A stretch of 64,000 bases of DNA from Chrysomallon squamiferum (Eukaryota > Animalia > Mollusca): NCBI GenBank assembly GCA_012295275.1, contig CM022679.1, positions 9,114,001-9,178,000 of the forward strand, given 5' to 3'. Below the pieces are notes generated by a model. That model saw nothing but the letters and a program-made list of their open reading frames with translations. It had not been told where the DNA came from and did not search any database. This document shows positions 24,701-37,527 of the stretch, in pieces. The translations under genes were made by a program, and so were the position numbers. The number at the start of each line of letters is the position of its first letter. Position 1 is the first letter of the stretch.

Positions 24701-27700
24701 CTTGCTTAAAAAAAAAAAAAAAAAAAGGATAACTGTTTATGTTTCATGTTATACAAAATACTCACATTACTGTTGGATGCCAATGGTGCACTAACTCTGA
24801 CGATGCTCTGCGACTGAGGTGGGGGAGCACTGACAAGAGGTGGGGGTGGTCTCATTGACTGTACAGGCTGTGACGGTCGAGCGCTGGTCGTGTAGGTGAG
24901 CTGTGTAGGTTGTGTAGGTTGGCCAGCTCGTAACTGAGGCATTGACTGAGAGTTAACCTGCTTTGCTACAGAAACACTCTGAGGTCTGACAGAAGACAGC
25001 TGAGTGGATGTTGCAGGAACCATGGTTAGAAGTGTTCCCGGCCGAATGTTGGGTCCAGAGGCTATAGTAACCACTTGGTAAGTTGCTCCTTGAGCAAGCT
25101 GTGGACGGTTTAAATTGTTATTGATTATCTGAGTGCCTGCTGGTGAGCTTAGCAGAATAGAGGTTCCAGAAATGGGAGCTGTCTGTCTAGGCTGTGGACC
25201 CATCTGTCGTATAACCTGCTGTGGTAACAGCTGTTGGAGAGTCGCTGGTCGAAGTTGAGAGGTATTAGCACCAGGAAGAACCTGAAGAGTCTGAACCAAC
25301 TGACCTTGCTTTGACTGACTTTCGTCATCAGCTGTGAGATCTATCACTTTAGGAATACTATTTACAGATGTCTTTGCTGTATTTTGAGGTACAGGATTTA
25401 CAACCAGCAAACTGGAGCCCACTGAGTTAGGTACTACTCCTTGAAAGCGAACTGTGTCCACACGTGCATTGTCCAGCAAACTGCGTACTGTATTGTTAGC
25501 ATTGTTTAGGTGCTGAGTCAGCTGTGGCCGGACACCAGCTGATGATGGTACTGGTGGAGTGCTTGCTGTGGTTGCTGCAGTACTTATTCGCGGCATAGCT
25601 GTAGCTGTCAAGAGCTGTGAAAAGTTAATGTTTTGTAAATCATCAGATGTTCCAAATACCAAATCAGTGTAATAACTGCTACTCAAAAATTCTCAGATGT
25701 TTTTCAAGAATATACATTTTTCATTTCTTTAAATGAATCAAACAGCACAGAAGCTTTATGAGTGTTTTCTTTAAAAAGTTATATTGGTAATATTTAAATT
25801 GCTTATATGAAGAACAAAATAATTCAAATATACCTGGGTTACGTTGTTTCTGGTTGCAACTGTAGAGCTGGTAAGGGTTACAGCAGGAGAGTTTGGTTTT
25901 CCAGTTGGATTTGCTGACATGGGATTCTGACTAGCCTGTGATGACTGGGGAAGAGGTGAACTGAATGAGACACTTCCTGACTTTGGAGGCGTCTTTGCCA
26001 GTCTTTGTGCAACAGCTGACATTGTTTGCTAAAATTAAAATTACTTAATGAAATTAAATGTAACAGTGAAAATAATTTTATGAGGCAGTTTAATCTATGG
26101 CGATATTTTTAAAGAATCTTGAAAAACAAAAACAAAAAAATGAAGATCAGATTGTTTACCTTTAACTCATCTAGTGAAACTTGTACACCCACACATTTTG
26201 AGGTAATCTGCTGGAAAATAAAAAGAAAAAAATGGTGAAATTACAGTTTATTTACTGTTACTGGGTGTGTGTCACTTTTCATATTTTCTTGCTCTGACAA
26301 TGAAATATGATTGTAGGAAATAACTTTTAATCCCTGTGATAAACAGTTTCAACATATGTGCCATCAGTTTTCCCAATTCACCTGCATTGGAACAGAATAA
26401 CAATTTTGGAAATGCTGTTAAATTAAGCTAGAAAGACTATATTTGTTTACATTTAAAAACAAAACAAAGAAAAAAGTTAACAAAATGAGTAACAATTTAT
26501 TAATTTTGAACTCACTGAAATATATTGCTTTTATTTATTTGATCAATTTGTCAGAATTTCTGGGTGAAGGAATATCTCTTTTAGTGGATAAAGTTTCAGC
26601 AGAATCTGATGGAGCAAATGTTGTGGATAATGTAACTGACACTGATGGTACAGCAGATGCACAATTTAACACATTTAAAATTATTGTAATGTTACTATTT
26701 TAAAACATATGCAGTTTGACAGTGTAAAATAATATGTAATATTTAATGTATAACTGCTTATTTCTAATTGGAACTACTCAGCTGTAAGTATGGTACAGTA
26801 GGTCCATGATTTATCACCCTTAAAAAGATGTTAAACTGAGGTTCTACAGTAAAAATAATATATATTTTTCATATTTTAGTACCGAATTAACTTACTTTTA
26901 AAGCAGCTGTTGCAGCCTTTCTTTTTTCCAGTTTTTGTTTTAACACTGTAAGATCAACAACTTGTTTCTGAAGGTCCCGTGCTTCTGTTTTCCATTTATC
27001 ATTAGATTCCTGCAATTCTGTTATCTTCTTCTGAAGTTGTGTCATTTCTTCATCTTTGTGAGCATTCATGTAACTCTGGACCTTACTCCGTATTAATGCT
27101 TCCAATTCCTATTTCAATCAATCAGATAACTAAAATGTTGCTTTAATATTTCACTTTGGCAACAAATCCCAAATAAATGATTAAAATTATAAACCAAAAA
27201 TCAAGAAGCAAAATACTGAAGATATTATTAACTATTATATTAAAGGAATACTTCTATGGATTCAAAAGATGAATATTCTTGCCATAAGTTTTCATTCTGT
27301 AATAAATAAAAATATCAGATATACATCTCAATGCCTGTAAATACTGATGTTTGCTATTTTACCTGTAAACAGGTATTGGGGGAGAACATATACATCTCCC
27401 AACAAAAAAATAATGTAAAATTACAGTGACATATTGTTATAGATTTCTGGAAGTGCAGGGAAGATAATAATCTTTTTTTTTCTTCTAAATTTGATTTCTT
27501 TTGTTTCATACTATTCACAGATACACAAATTCAAAAGAAAATAAAGACAGATGTGTGTACAGAAGAAAACCGAAGGAAGCTGAAATGAAAATGTATTTGA
27601 TTAACTATTGTATATAAAATGGTAGACAAACTGAAAAGCACTGACAGAAAAACTCACCTTGCTGGAGAGACGGATTGTTTTTGTACTAGACTGTGATGTG

Positions 27701-30187
27701 GCTTGTGAAATTTTGTCATCGTCTTCATCTGAAACTGATGTCACATCATCTGCTTCTGATTTTACTTCACTTGATTCACTGGGTCGAGAATCTTCTGATT
27801 CTGAGTCACTGTCAACCTGTTCAACAGTCTCGGGTGATATGCCTATCACTGAGCCCAGTTTACCTATCACTTCATCAAGACGTGATCTCTTTGGTGGTTG
27901 CTCTGTACCAACTCCATCATCGTGCATACGTTTCTTTTCATTGGTACTCAAAAAGGTGTCATCTTGTTTGGTTGTGTCATCACAAGATTTGGTTTCGTCA
28001 TGTGTTGAATTGTCTTCCAGTTCATCTGAATCAAACTCCTTACTATTTTCTTTCACTTTATCTGAAATAAGGTCTGGATGTTTTAATTCATTATCACTGA
28101 CAGAAGAAAACTCACCAGTATCCATTTTGTGAATACTGCTCTGAGTTTCACTACTGGCACTTTGGGATGCATCATCACAAGATGATTGTTGGTCAGTGTT
28201 TGGCATGGAAGCAGATGCCAAAAATGATCCATCAGCATCCTTTTTATCATCACATTCATCTATCAAACATGTGTCACTCTGGTTAGAATTAGAAAGACTG
28301 TCAATATTTAGGTTATTAGAAAATTTAGATACATATGTATCTTCAGACTTTGTCATAATGAGTTGAATTTCAGAATCTTTTGATGCATCTATAATTACAA
28401 AGAACAAATATTTTGATCCAGACGAACACTGTTAGATATTAAGAATAAATAAAAAGCAGTGTTTAGAATAGAATCAAAAGCTATAATTTTTAACAGCTAT
28501 TAAAGGATTGCAGACAACTGTCAAATACTCATTAATCATAAATCAAGCTGATATTCGTAAGGAGGTTAAATCATAATCATATTCATCAAAGGTTAAATTT
28601 GAGTTATTTTAAATTCTGGTATTAAAGATGCTTCAATTTTTCCCAAAAATTGGCACTCAAAACAAGAAATGTTCTAACATTTAAATTGGTTATTTGTGTT
28701 TTCGAAATACAAAAACTAAATAAAATAAACTAAAAAAAAAAACATCCTTAAAAATCGGACAAAATGAGATCCTGAGACACTGAAAATAGACATTTTATTA
28801 CTAGCCTTTATTTCTATAAATAGAAACTTTATGACATCATTGAAAAAAAAAAAAAGAAAGAAAGAAATAATGATTTATATATTATATCAGAACTACATTA
28901 TGTGACATCAAAGTTCAGGTATCAAATGATATAAAAGAAAGTTTCAAGCAGCTAGTATCAAAAGCTATTATTTAAAAAATTATCTCTGAATTTACCTGAT
29001 GCATCAGCTGCTTTTTCTTCCATCCAATCTTGATCCGAGCTTTTCACAGCAGAAATCTCATTTTCTAAGGAATCTTTTGAATTTGATAGTTCATCCATTT
29101 GTGACACCAGCTCCATTTTATCACTCATCTCAGAGTCTGGCTTATCATTTACAATGTTCTGACTGTCTTCAGCATCTAAATGTATTGTATTATCCGATTT
29201 GTTTAGCTTTGGTTTCACTGTAAATTCTGAGATGCTCTCAAATAAATTATCTTTTCTAGGTGAAGGTTTTGAATCTGTCTGAACAGTTGTATCACATGAC
29301 TTAACAGACGCTACACAATCCTCTGATTTACCTTTGGTGCAACTCTTGGTTGATTCAGGCGTTTTGCCCTGCTTTAGTTTGTACATTATATCTCTCATCG
29401 AATTTCGTACCTTGTCATCGATAGTTAAGGGATTGAAAGGAACATTGTCATATGAATGTTTTGGCTTATTTTTGTCTAGAACAGCGGAGTCAGATTTTAC
29501 ATTTTCTGGATTTGTAGAACTTGAATCAACAGAACTATGACTAACAGAATTCACATTTGTATTTGTGTCTTTGCTACATGATAGAGTATTTTCACATATA
29601 TCAGAACAATCCATGGAAGAAACACAATTATTTACAGAATGTTTGGTTTGGTGGGATACAGTATTTTTATCTGGAAAACCAACATCCTCATCAAAACTGT
29701 CCATGCATTCATGAGTATTGTCAATATCCATATTATTGTTGGTTGTACCTTTTAGTATTGTTTTTGAGGAAGTTGATATCTCGTCAATGTCCTTTATCAA
29801 TTCGTCTGTTGAAGTCTCATTATCCCTCTTCGTTGCTTCCTTTTCAGTTGATGAATTCTCGGTCAGATCATCAATATTGTGAATTAATTCATCAGTTGAC
29901 ATTTCCTTGGCCTTACAGTTTGACCGTACTTTTCCATTTATAAATTTTTCTTTAAAAACATGAGATTTATCATCTGGTGATGAAGAAATAACTAAAGGTC
30001 TTCCTAATTTGCTGGTATCTTTTGTTTCTGACAGACAATTTGGTCCACTGATGTTAGTTTCTTCTCTACCATTTAATGCATTTAAATTTTTTATTGTTTC
30101 CTTGAAAGGATCCTTGGAGTCAGAGCAAAAGCCAGAAAGGCTCGAGCAGCTGACACTGCTGTCAACATCTGCATTTGATACGGACAT
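21781..30187 (-). CDS. ATF7IP: ATF7-interacting protein (MCAF1/Windei), SETDB1 cofactor; apparent frameshift in the penultimate exon
   Basis: Exons 30187-28996, 28388-27658, 27108-26896, 26210-26160, 26028-25834, 25614-24766, 24316-24196, 23629-23513, 21939-21781(TAA). Acidic disordered N-terminus, coiled coil ([26 protein letters not shown]), VIDLT SUMO-interaction-like motif, KHPAPLP, C-terminal FNIII domain GIVLSWN...YQLYAYQE...[21 protein letters not shown]...YHFAVRAVD. Confidence 0.93.
22464..23276. mobile_element. Non-autonomous DNA transposon (foldback/MITE) with ~240-bp TIRs, Sola2-like ends
   Basis: Begins GGGTCATTCC and ends GAATGACCC; arms ~22464-22703 and ~22998-23276 are reverse complements; flanked by 4-bp direct repeat ATTA (22460-22463, 23277-23280). 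Confidence 0.9.
24409..24566. repeat. Dispersed direct repeat copy A in an ATF7IP intron (partner 26605-26746)
   Basis: ggagcaaatgttgtggataat...gatggtacagcagatgcacaatttaacac...attattgtaatgttactattttaaaacatat shared. Confidence 0.85.
26605..26746. repeat. Dispersed direct repeat copy B in an ATF7IP intron (partner 24409-24566)
   Basis: Same blocks as copy A, lacking a ~15-20 bp internal segment. Confidence 0.85.
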
Positions 30188-30599
30188 ATTCTCAGATTAT
30201 TTCAGACTTTATTTGGTATCTGGAGAAAAAAAAAAAAATTATTTTAATATTTATATATAATCTGAAATCTTAAAATGCATTTTTGATAATCTTTAAAAAG
30301 CAGTAGAAAAAAAGTAATAAATAAATAAATAAATAATTATAAAAACAAAACAATGACAATCCAATGTCATTTATGTTATTTGGACTATTATTTATATGTG
30401 TTTTATTGACATGGTATATAAAAGACACATGGATTAATTATCCTAGTTGAGAGATATTTTAATAGGACATTAACAATAGTTATTTAATCAAATATATTTG
30501 TAATTTCAGTAATGATACACATACACAGACATAAAGTACTTGAAGCAGTGAATAATAAATGAAAAGCAATTGTACATCGAAACATATTGTGTTACACAT

Positions 30600-30710
30600 T
30601 CCTCCCGATCTTAAATTTAACTGAAAGTACGGTTGTGCCGAAAACAAAATGGCGTACTTCGGTAAAACATTTAAAATATATAATAATTTTCAAATAATCG
30701 ATCTGATCTA
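30600..30710. promoter_or_regulatory. Possible ATF7IP promoter-proximal element with YY1-like motif
   Basis: CAAAATGGCG at 30645-30654 with a local CpG cluster, ~430 bp upstream of the acceptor (30221/30220) of the first coding exon. Confidence 0.35.
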
Positions 30711-32028
30711 AAAATCAAGCTTTAAAATCCTAAAGTACATTTTATATAACACATATATACTCATTTAACTTAATCACATAATTCGAAAAATTCACTATCT
30801 TCGATTTGGAACAAAGACTTAAATTAAAATTGTCCTGTTCATATCTATATATATCCAGTATTTGTCCTTTGGTATACTTCACATGCATTTTTTGCATCAC
30901 GAATTCCATGTTGTAAAAGAACAACAAAACTATTAGCATGTATTTTATTTTAATAAGCAAACCTTCAAATTATGATGGTAAAAGGTTTTTTGAAACTGAA
31001 TCTAATTTATATTTGGGTTAAAACCTAGCAAAGTGTAAAGAATGCGCCTCCAGTATAATGCGACCCGTAAATATTTTACAGCTTCAGTTATTACGAAGTA
31101 TCGCTAAACCTAACTGATAATGTTTTATTTATTTATTTATTTTTAAAAGTCCAATTATAAATATGTTCTTTTTTCACACTTCACATGTGCTAATATAAAA
31201 TAATGTAAAAATAATGTAGCTGTATCAAGATATACGCATGCGCACACTGCAAACAATAACATGAACAAGCTCAGCATTAGTTACAATAATAATAATAAAA
31301 ATAAATAAATAAATAAAATCCACCATGAAATTTATATCCGCCGTCTTCTAGAATTTATTATACTCAATATACGACCACTAGTTAATGGCAGAAATAAAAA
31401 TCGCAAGTGAAAAAATCAACAACAAATGCGCCCTCTGCCCTATAATTGTAGACAGCCCTGTTAAGCTTTCACATATTAGAAATATTTATACACTCACAAA
31501 CAATAACATCGACAGACATTTATCATCATATACGAAACGTATATATCTTTAAATTACATGTATGTAAATAAAAAAATCGTCAGATACCCTTATTTGACAG
31601 GACCGACAACTCTAAGTTAAAACTAAACTGTGTTACACACATAGGTATCGTCCCTCATTAACATCAGAAATATTAATTAAAATGCCTTTGGTTACTTACT
31701 CATCAGTGTGTCACAGAATGTCACGTAAATTAGATAATAAAGTAACAAGTCGTTTAGTGAAGAACTAGAATGTGCCTGTTCGTGGGTATTGTTTGGTGGG
31801 GCGTTATGTGCCTGTAAACCTCATCCGTGTTGTCCTGAATGGAAGATAAAAATGTCTGTCGCGGTTACATTAATCTTATTAATTATTACCGACAGTTTTG
31901 TCAGCACATGTTAAATGGAGAACGATCAGCGCACAGACAATAAACAACTAGTGGACATTTCTATTATACCATAAAAATCTGTTGAAGATAACAAAAAACT
32001 GTCTATTTTGTGTAGTTTTACGGTTGTG

Positions 32029-32061
<33 letters not shown>

Positions 32062-32556
32062 AAATTTTATTTATTAATGTCGACCAGTCATAGTTAATAA
32101 CAAAATATAACAATTAAACTGTACTGTTACCGGTCTTTTTTTAATCTCTTCGAACTACTGTTTAATCAGCATTAGATCAATAAGTAGACGCTCCAAGGCC
32201 GGCCAAAAACTGTCAGTTTACTGAACTTTGACCTACTTTCGAGTTTTCAAAAGTTACATAACATGCGTTCTTGATACATTTTACAAAATAAACGTTTATC
32301 TTTTGTATGTACCTCTATGACTGCACAACATACGCAGTTTGAACAGAATGACGTCCAACGTGTCCTCGTAGCCATTTCCGGGCAATGCGTTGTTTCAAGC
32401 CTGGGTCAGAAATCCTTCTTAAAATAACACCAGTGGCAAACGCAGTTGACCTTGAGCATGATTTGCATTTCCCAAATCCCTATTTATTATTATTATTTTT
32501 TAATCGCATTTTATTTATTTAATTTTAAATCAGTGTTAGCATAAGTGTATAGAGTG

Positions 32557-32587
<31 letters not shown>

Positions 32588-32869
32588 GGCTGAAAAGTAA
32601 ATTACAATTTGGAACAATTGCTTTTGAAGACATGGATCTCATTTGAAATATTAAACCCGATACTTTTCCTAAAAACACGTTATCTCATATATCGCACAAG
32701 GCGACTTTTAGAGTAAAAAATATTTTATTTTTTATTTTATTATTATTTTAATTTACCCAAAGTCTGAAAGCATTTCAGCTGAAGGTGGGAACAATTTTTT
32801 GCACTGTAGATTAGTTAAATTTCAACTACATATTAGTGAAAGAAACGCGCGGAAAAAAACAACCCCCCC

Positions 32870-33125
32870 AAAAAAACACCCCCATTTATTTTTTTATGAT
32901 GCCTGCAATTACATTATACGGGTAAAAGATAACATTAAAATGTATGCTTCTGATAATTTCCCAAACAGAAAATAAACAAACAAATAAATAAATAATAACT
33001 TCCCCTCCCCCAAAACTGCTGCTTTTTATTATGCCTGCAACTACATTATACAGGTAAAAGATAACAGTAAAATGTATGCTTCTGAAAATTTCCCAAACAG
33101 AAAATAATAAATTAATAAATAAATA
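32870..33125. repeat. ~130-bp tandem duplication
   Basis: atgcctgcaa.tacattatac.ggtaaaagataaca.taaaatgtatgcttctga.aatttcccaaacagaaaataa twice. Confidence 0.85.
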
Positions 33126-33393
33126 AATAGTTTAAGAATATCTACAGTTTCTACTGTTAGAAAATTTAATATACTGCTTGAAATGTGATGTTAAAAACGT
33201 ATAATTGTAATATAAATAAATATATATATGGATCATACATTGTTTTAAAAAAAAAAAAAAAAATTGTGCTACCTTTCTCATGACAATAAAATAAATAAAT
33301 AAATAAAAAAAGTGATGTGTACAGCTGTTCGGTCCACCTTGTACGTGATGACGTGTTTGCTACAGTAGTGAATGGCGAAACAAACAAACAAAA

Positions 33394-33598
33394 AAAGGTA
33401 CTATTTTACTGTTACTGTGTTATAAGTGTAACTATCTATGAGATGTCTCTAGAAACAAAGAAAGGTACTATTTTACTGTTACTGTGTTATAAGTGTAACT
33501 ATCTATGAGATGTCTCTAGAAACAAAGAAAGGTACTATTTTACTGTTACTGTGTTATAAGTGTAACTATCTATGAGATGTCTCTAGAAACAAAGAAAG
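33394..33598. repeat. Perfect 67-bp tandem repeat x3
   Basis: ggtactattttactgttactgtgttataagtgtaactatctatgagatgtctctagaaacaaagaaa starting at 33397, 33464, 33531. Confidence 0.95.
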
Positions 33599-36500
33599 TT
33601 ACAATTTGAAAGTGTATTTATTATTATTATTATTTATTTATTTTTATCATTTATGAATATCAGTAAAGGGACATTTTAATTTTGACTCTTTTACACATTT
33701 GACGTATTTTGGATTCGTATCAGAGTCGGAAATTTTCATAATACCAGTTTCAAAAATGATTTTTTGTTTATTTTGGAATTTTTTTTTTTTTTTGCCAGAA
33801 GTAGTATGCCCGTACACTGGAAAGATGAGGTGAAAAAATATAAAATAAAATAATATAAAATAAGATGAAATATATATATATTCCAACTATTTTTATTCAC
33901 CTTGATTCATCTCTTTGTTTGAAAGTTTATTATTATTATTAATTATTAATTTTTTTTTTTTTTTTAAATTGATCTAATATTATTTTAAACAACTGTTGTC
34001 ACGGTCATCCAATATTTTAATTTATCATTTGTTTAAAATTTAATTTTATAATTCATAAATTAAATGCCGAAAGCCTAGCCTTTCACAGTTTACGTTTTAT
34101 GTTTTTCTTTCTTTCTTTTTCTTTTTTGTGTTTGTGGGTGTGCGCGTGATTATGCAACTGAAGTTCTTGTTACCTTACGGAAAAGTTACAATTTGATATT
34201 AACATTTGCTGCATATTCGAAATAACAGGTAATCCTTTCCTATTTTATTTTAATTTTCAACTTCCCGACTTATTAATGATAAAAACAACAATAATCTTGC
34301 TTTATAAATTTTTTAGATGAGTTAATTTCTTTTTGTAAATCAACCATAATTTGTGTGGCTTGTTTTCACTGATATCCGATAATATATTATTTTCTTTCAC
34401 ATTGTGCTTACATGGAGCCTTTTAATTTTAGCTTGCTTTCAAATTTACTTATTATAATGAATAGTCAGTGTCATAAACACTAAACTATGAATTTAAAAAC
34501 ACAAACACAAACAAACCGCGCCTCCCGCCCTCTAAAAAATGTAAACCAACCATTAACAAAATCATTTATTAGCCGAGTTTGAAAAATCATCATGCTTCAT
34601 TCACTGAAAACATATTCTGAGTGAGAGAAAGAAAAGATAGACAGACAGACAGACAGACATATAGATCAATTTAAACAACAGTTTCTAGTTTATGTCCAAT
34701 TTGTGTACTATTATGAGTTTATTAGCTATCCTCTGGCATTTTTTTTTTTTTTTTTTTTTTTTTTTGTTGAAATTATCGTATTTTCTGTCTATATAGTACA
34801 TAGAGCAACATATGCAAAATCGTGAACTATACACTACTGTTACTGTCACCCCTATTTCCTAAAAGACATTTTCATTACCGCAAAGAACACTATATTTGTA
34901 ACTTAAGCATTATTTCCACGTACAAGGTTATCTATGTTCCGCCAAGGTATCACGTGGCCTCAATCGATAACGATGGTAAATGTAGCCGACCAATGAACGC
35001 GTTCGAGGCGAATGGCTGACACTAAGTTAAAACTTGTTGTCAAAATGCTTTTCTTACAAGAACTCTGAAATTACAAATTATCAAAATATCATTTTTATTA
35101 GCAATAAATCAGTATAAAAGATGTATGCATGACAACCTATCTGTTATGCATAAAAGGTGTCGGAATATTTACTAACGATTTAAATTCATCCTCTTTCAGA
35201 ATTATCCTTTAGCAAGTCTAGCAGTGATATAGTCACTAAAGAGCAGCATACTACAGATAAATTAGCAGTTTTGCAGCACAAAATGGTTTTAAGAATAGAC
35301 GTATTTAAATCTAGAACAGATAAATAATAATGCTCATTGTTTCTATATCAGGTGTTAAAACAATGATCATATCACATAACAGCAAAGCTTTTGATCGTTG
35401 AATTAGATATCTGGGGTGAAAAAAAGAACAATAGAGAAAGAAGCAGTTTGTTAATAGAATGATTCGAATCATATTGTTATTATATTATAATTTATTTTAT
35501 TTAACTATCATATAATTTTAAAATATATTATTTATTTTATTGATTTAGTTTTATTTATCACTTTCATTTCTTTCGTTTTTTTTAAATGTTTGTCATTTGC
35601 TGACTCGCATCATATTTATTTGGCTAGTTTTGTTGCTGAAAACTAAATCTGAAGTTGTTGGCTATAACCATCAACAGCACATGATTCAAAAATTATAAAC
35701 TGTAGGTCAGTGTTTCTTTTAGCAAAAAAAAAAAAAAAAAAATGTTTGCCTAAGTGACGTCACAAGGCATCAACCGTAAACAACAAACCATTACAATGAT
35801 CACGCGGGCAAATCGTCCAATAGGACGAGGTATGTTGTAGGGGCGATTTCAAGAGTACGAAGTTTATTAAAACGAGGCATGGTGTTGACATCAAAGACTG
35901 ACATTTTTAAAACAAACAAAGATTTCAGCAATATATTACTTATATAATTTTTGAATGGCTGTAGTCACAAATATCTTTTGGCGTTAGTATTTTCACCGTT
36001 CATATCTACTGTAAGATTAAAAATGTGACTGTGATTCAGAAATGCATTTTTTTTTTAAATATAAATTCTGATTTTTAAATTATCTACATCGTATAAGCAA
36101 GGTGTTTCCTCATTATATTATAAAATTATTACCAGAAATTATGTTTACAGATCGTATAAAAATAAAATAACAGAAATTTATTAAATGAAGAAAAAATATT
36201 GAAACCAAACTCTATCAATGCAGCAATAATATTATTTTCCCATGCAATTTACTACTAATTAAAAAATAAAATAATTAGTCGAACGTGTCATTATTTATTT
36301 TCCATCACCCACGTGTTTACTTGTTTTTGTTTTAATTCCAAATAGGCTGAAATAAAATTCCATCAGTAACTAACCAATTACCGAAATTTAATATCACGAT
36401 GCCTTGTCATTTCCAAACACGCACGATTAGGAACCAGACATCCGGGCAACTGCTATACATTATCATATTCAGTGAGGCACTAATCCGGATATAAAGAAAG

Positions 36501-37488
36501 AAAGAACAAAAAAATAATAATGTGTCAGAAGGAAGGAAAAGAGGACTGCAATAAATTGGCCACTAGTAAATCAAAGCAATACAATACATATAACAAACCT
36601 CATAAATTACACTTATAAAAATAAATTACTTATTCTTGAATAAAGCACGTGAAATGAGTCATCATAAATATTAATTCGACAAGCGTCCAGTCTACTTTGT
36701 GTACAGTTCGGGTACGATTTTTTTTTTTTTTTTTTTTTTTTAAAACCTTAGATATTGAGCTCAAACTCTTAAATGAATTATGAGCTATTGCATAAGCTCA
36801 TCTATCATTTGTTACTATAAAACAATAAACACCGAGTGTAATGTTATTTAAAATGTCTCAAGATTTCGAACACTGGTGTTTTTTTGTTTGAGTTTTAACA
36901 GCTGTCCCAATACTACCACCAGTTCTAAACAACTGTTCATAAGCTCATTATATCCTCCAATGAAAATCTCCATTCTGAAATAAAGTGGATAAAAGTTGTT
37001 TTTTGTTCGTTTTTTTTTAACACCAATATTCTTTAAATACTCACAAAACAGACTTTACGATTTTAAAAATTCTAACATCGCCGGATTTCCAATACATGCA
37101 CTTTGTAATAAAAATTCATAATCAGCCAACTGAACTCGATAACATAAATTTGTTTAACCAAATCTTGTTTGAGCATCTAATCAATAAAAATAAAATTAAA
37201 TCAATGCTAACAAAATCTCTTTCATGAAGCTAAACATTTTTTTTTTTTTTATTTATTATTATTTTTTTTTTTTTCGGTTGTTATTGTTTTTAAGTTTTAT
37301 GAAATGTACATTCATTTCAAGCATACCTCCGTTCACATTGTCTCCGATGAAAAAAGATGACAGGATATAAATATTCGATGTCACTATCAGTTTTTTAATA
37401 CACTAACTTCTTGTATTATAATTATACGTATCATCGTATACAACAATAATATGTATGATTCATGTTGAAAACACAGAACTTGCTGTTT

Positions 37489-37527
<39 letters not shown>

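Noticed and set aside
4019-30187. Calling lipase 2, ALG13 or ATF7IP pseudogenes
   Set aside because: Each has a single small lesion with all other exons and splice sites intact; four such lesions in 64 kb, including an essential gene, indicate sequencing indels.
27659-30260. Plus-strand ORFs opposite ATF7IP exons
   Set aside because: Antisense shadows of Ser/Asp-rich low-complexity coding exons.
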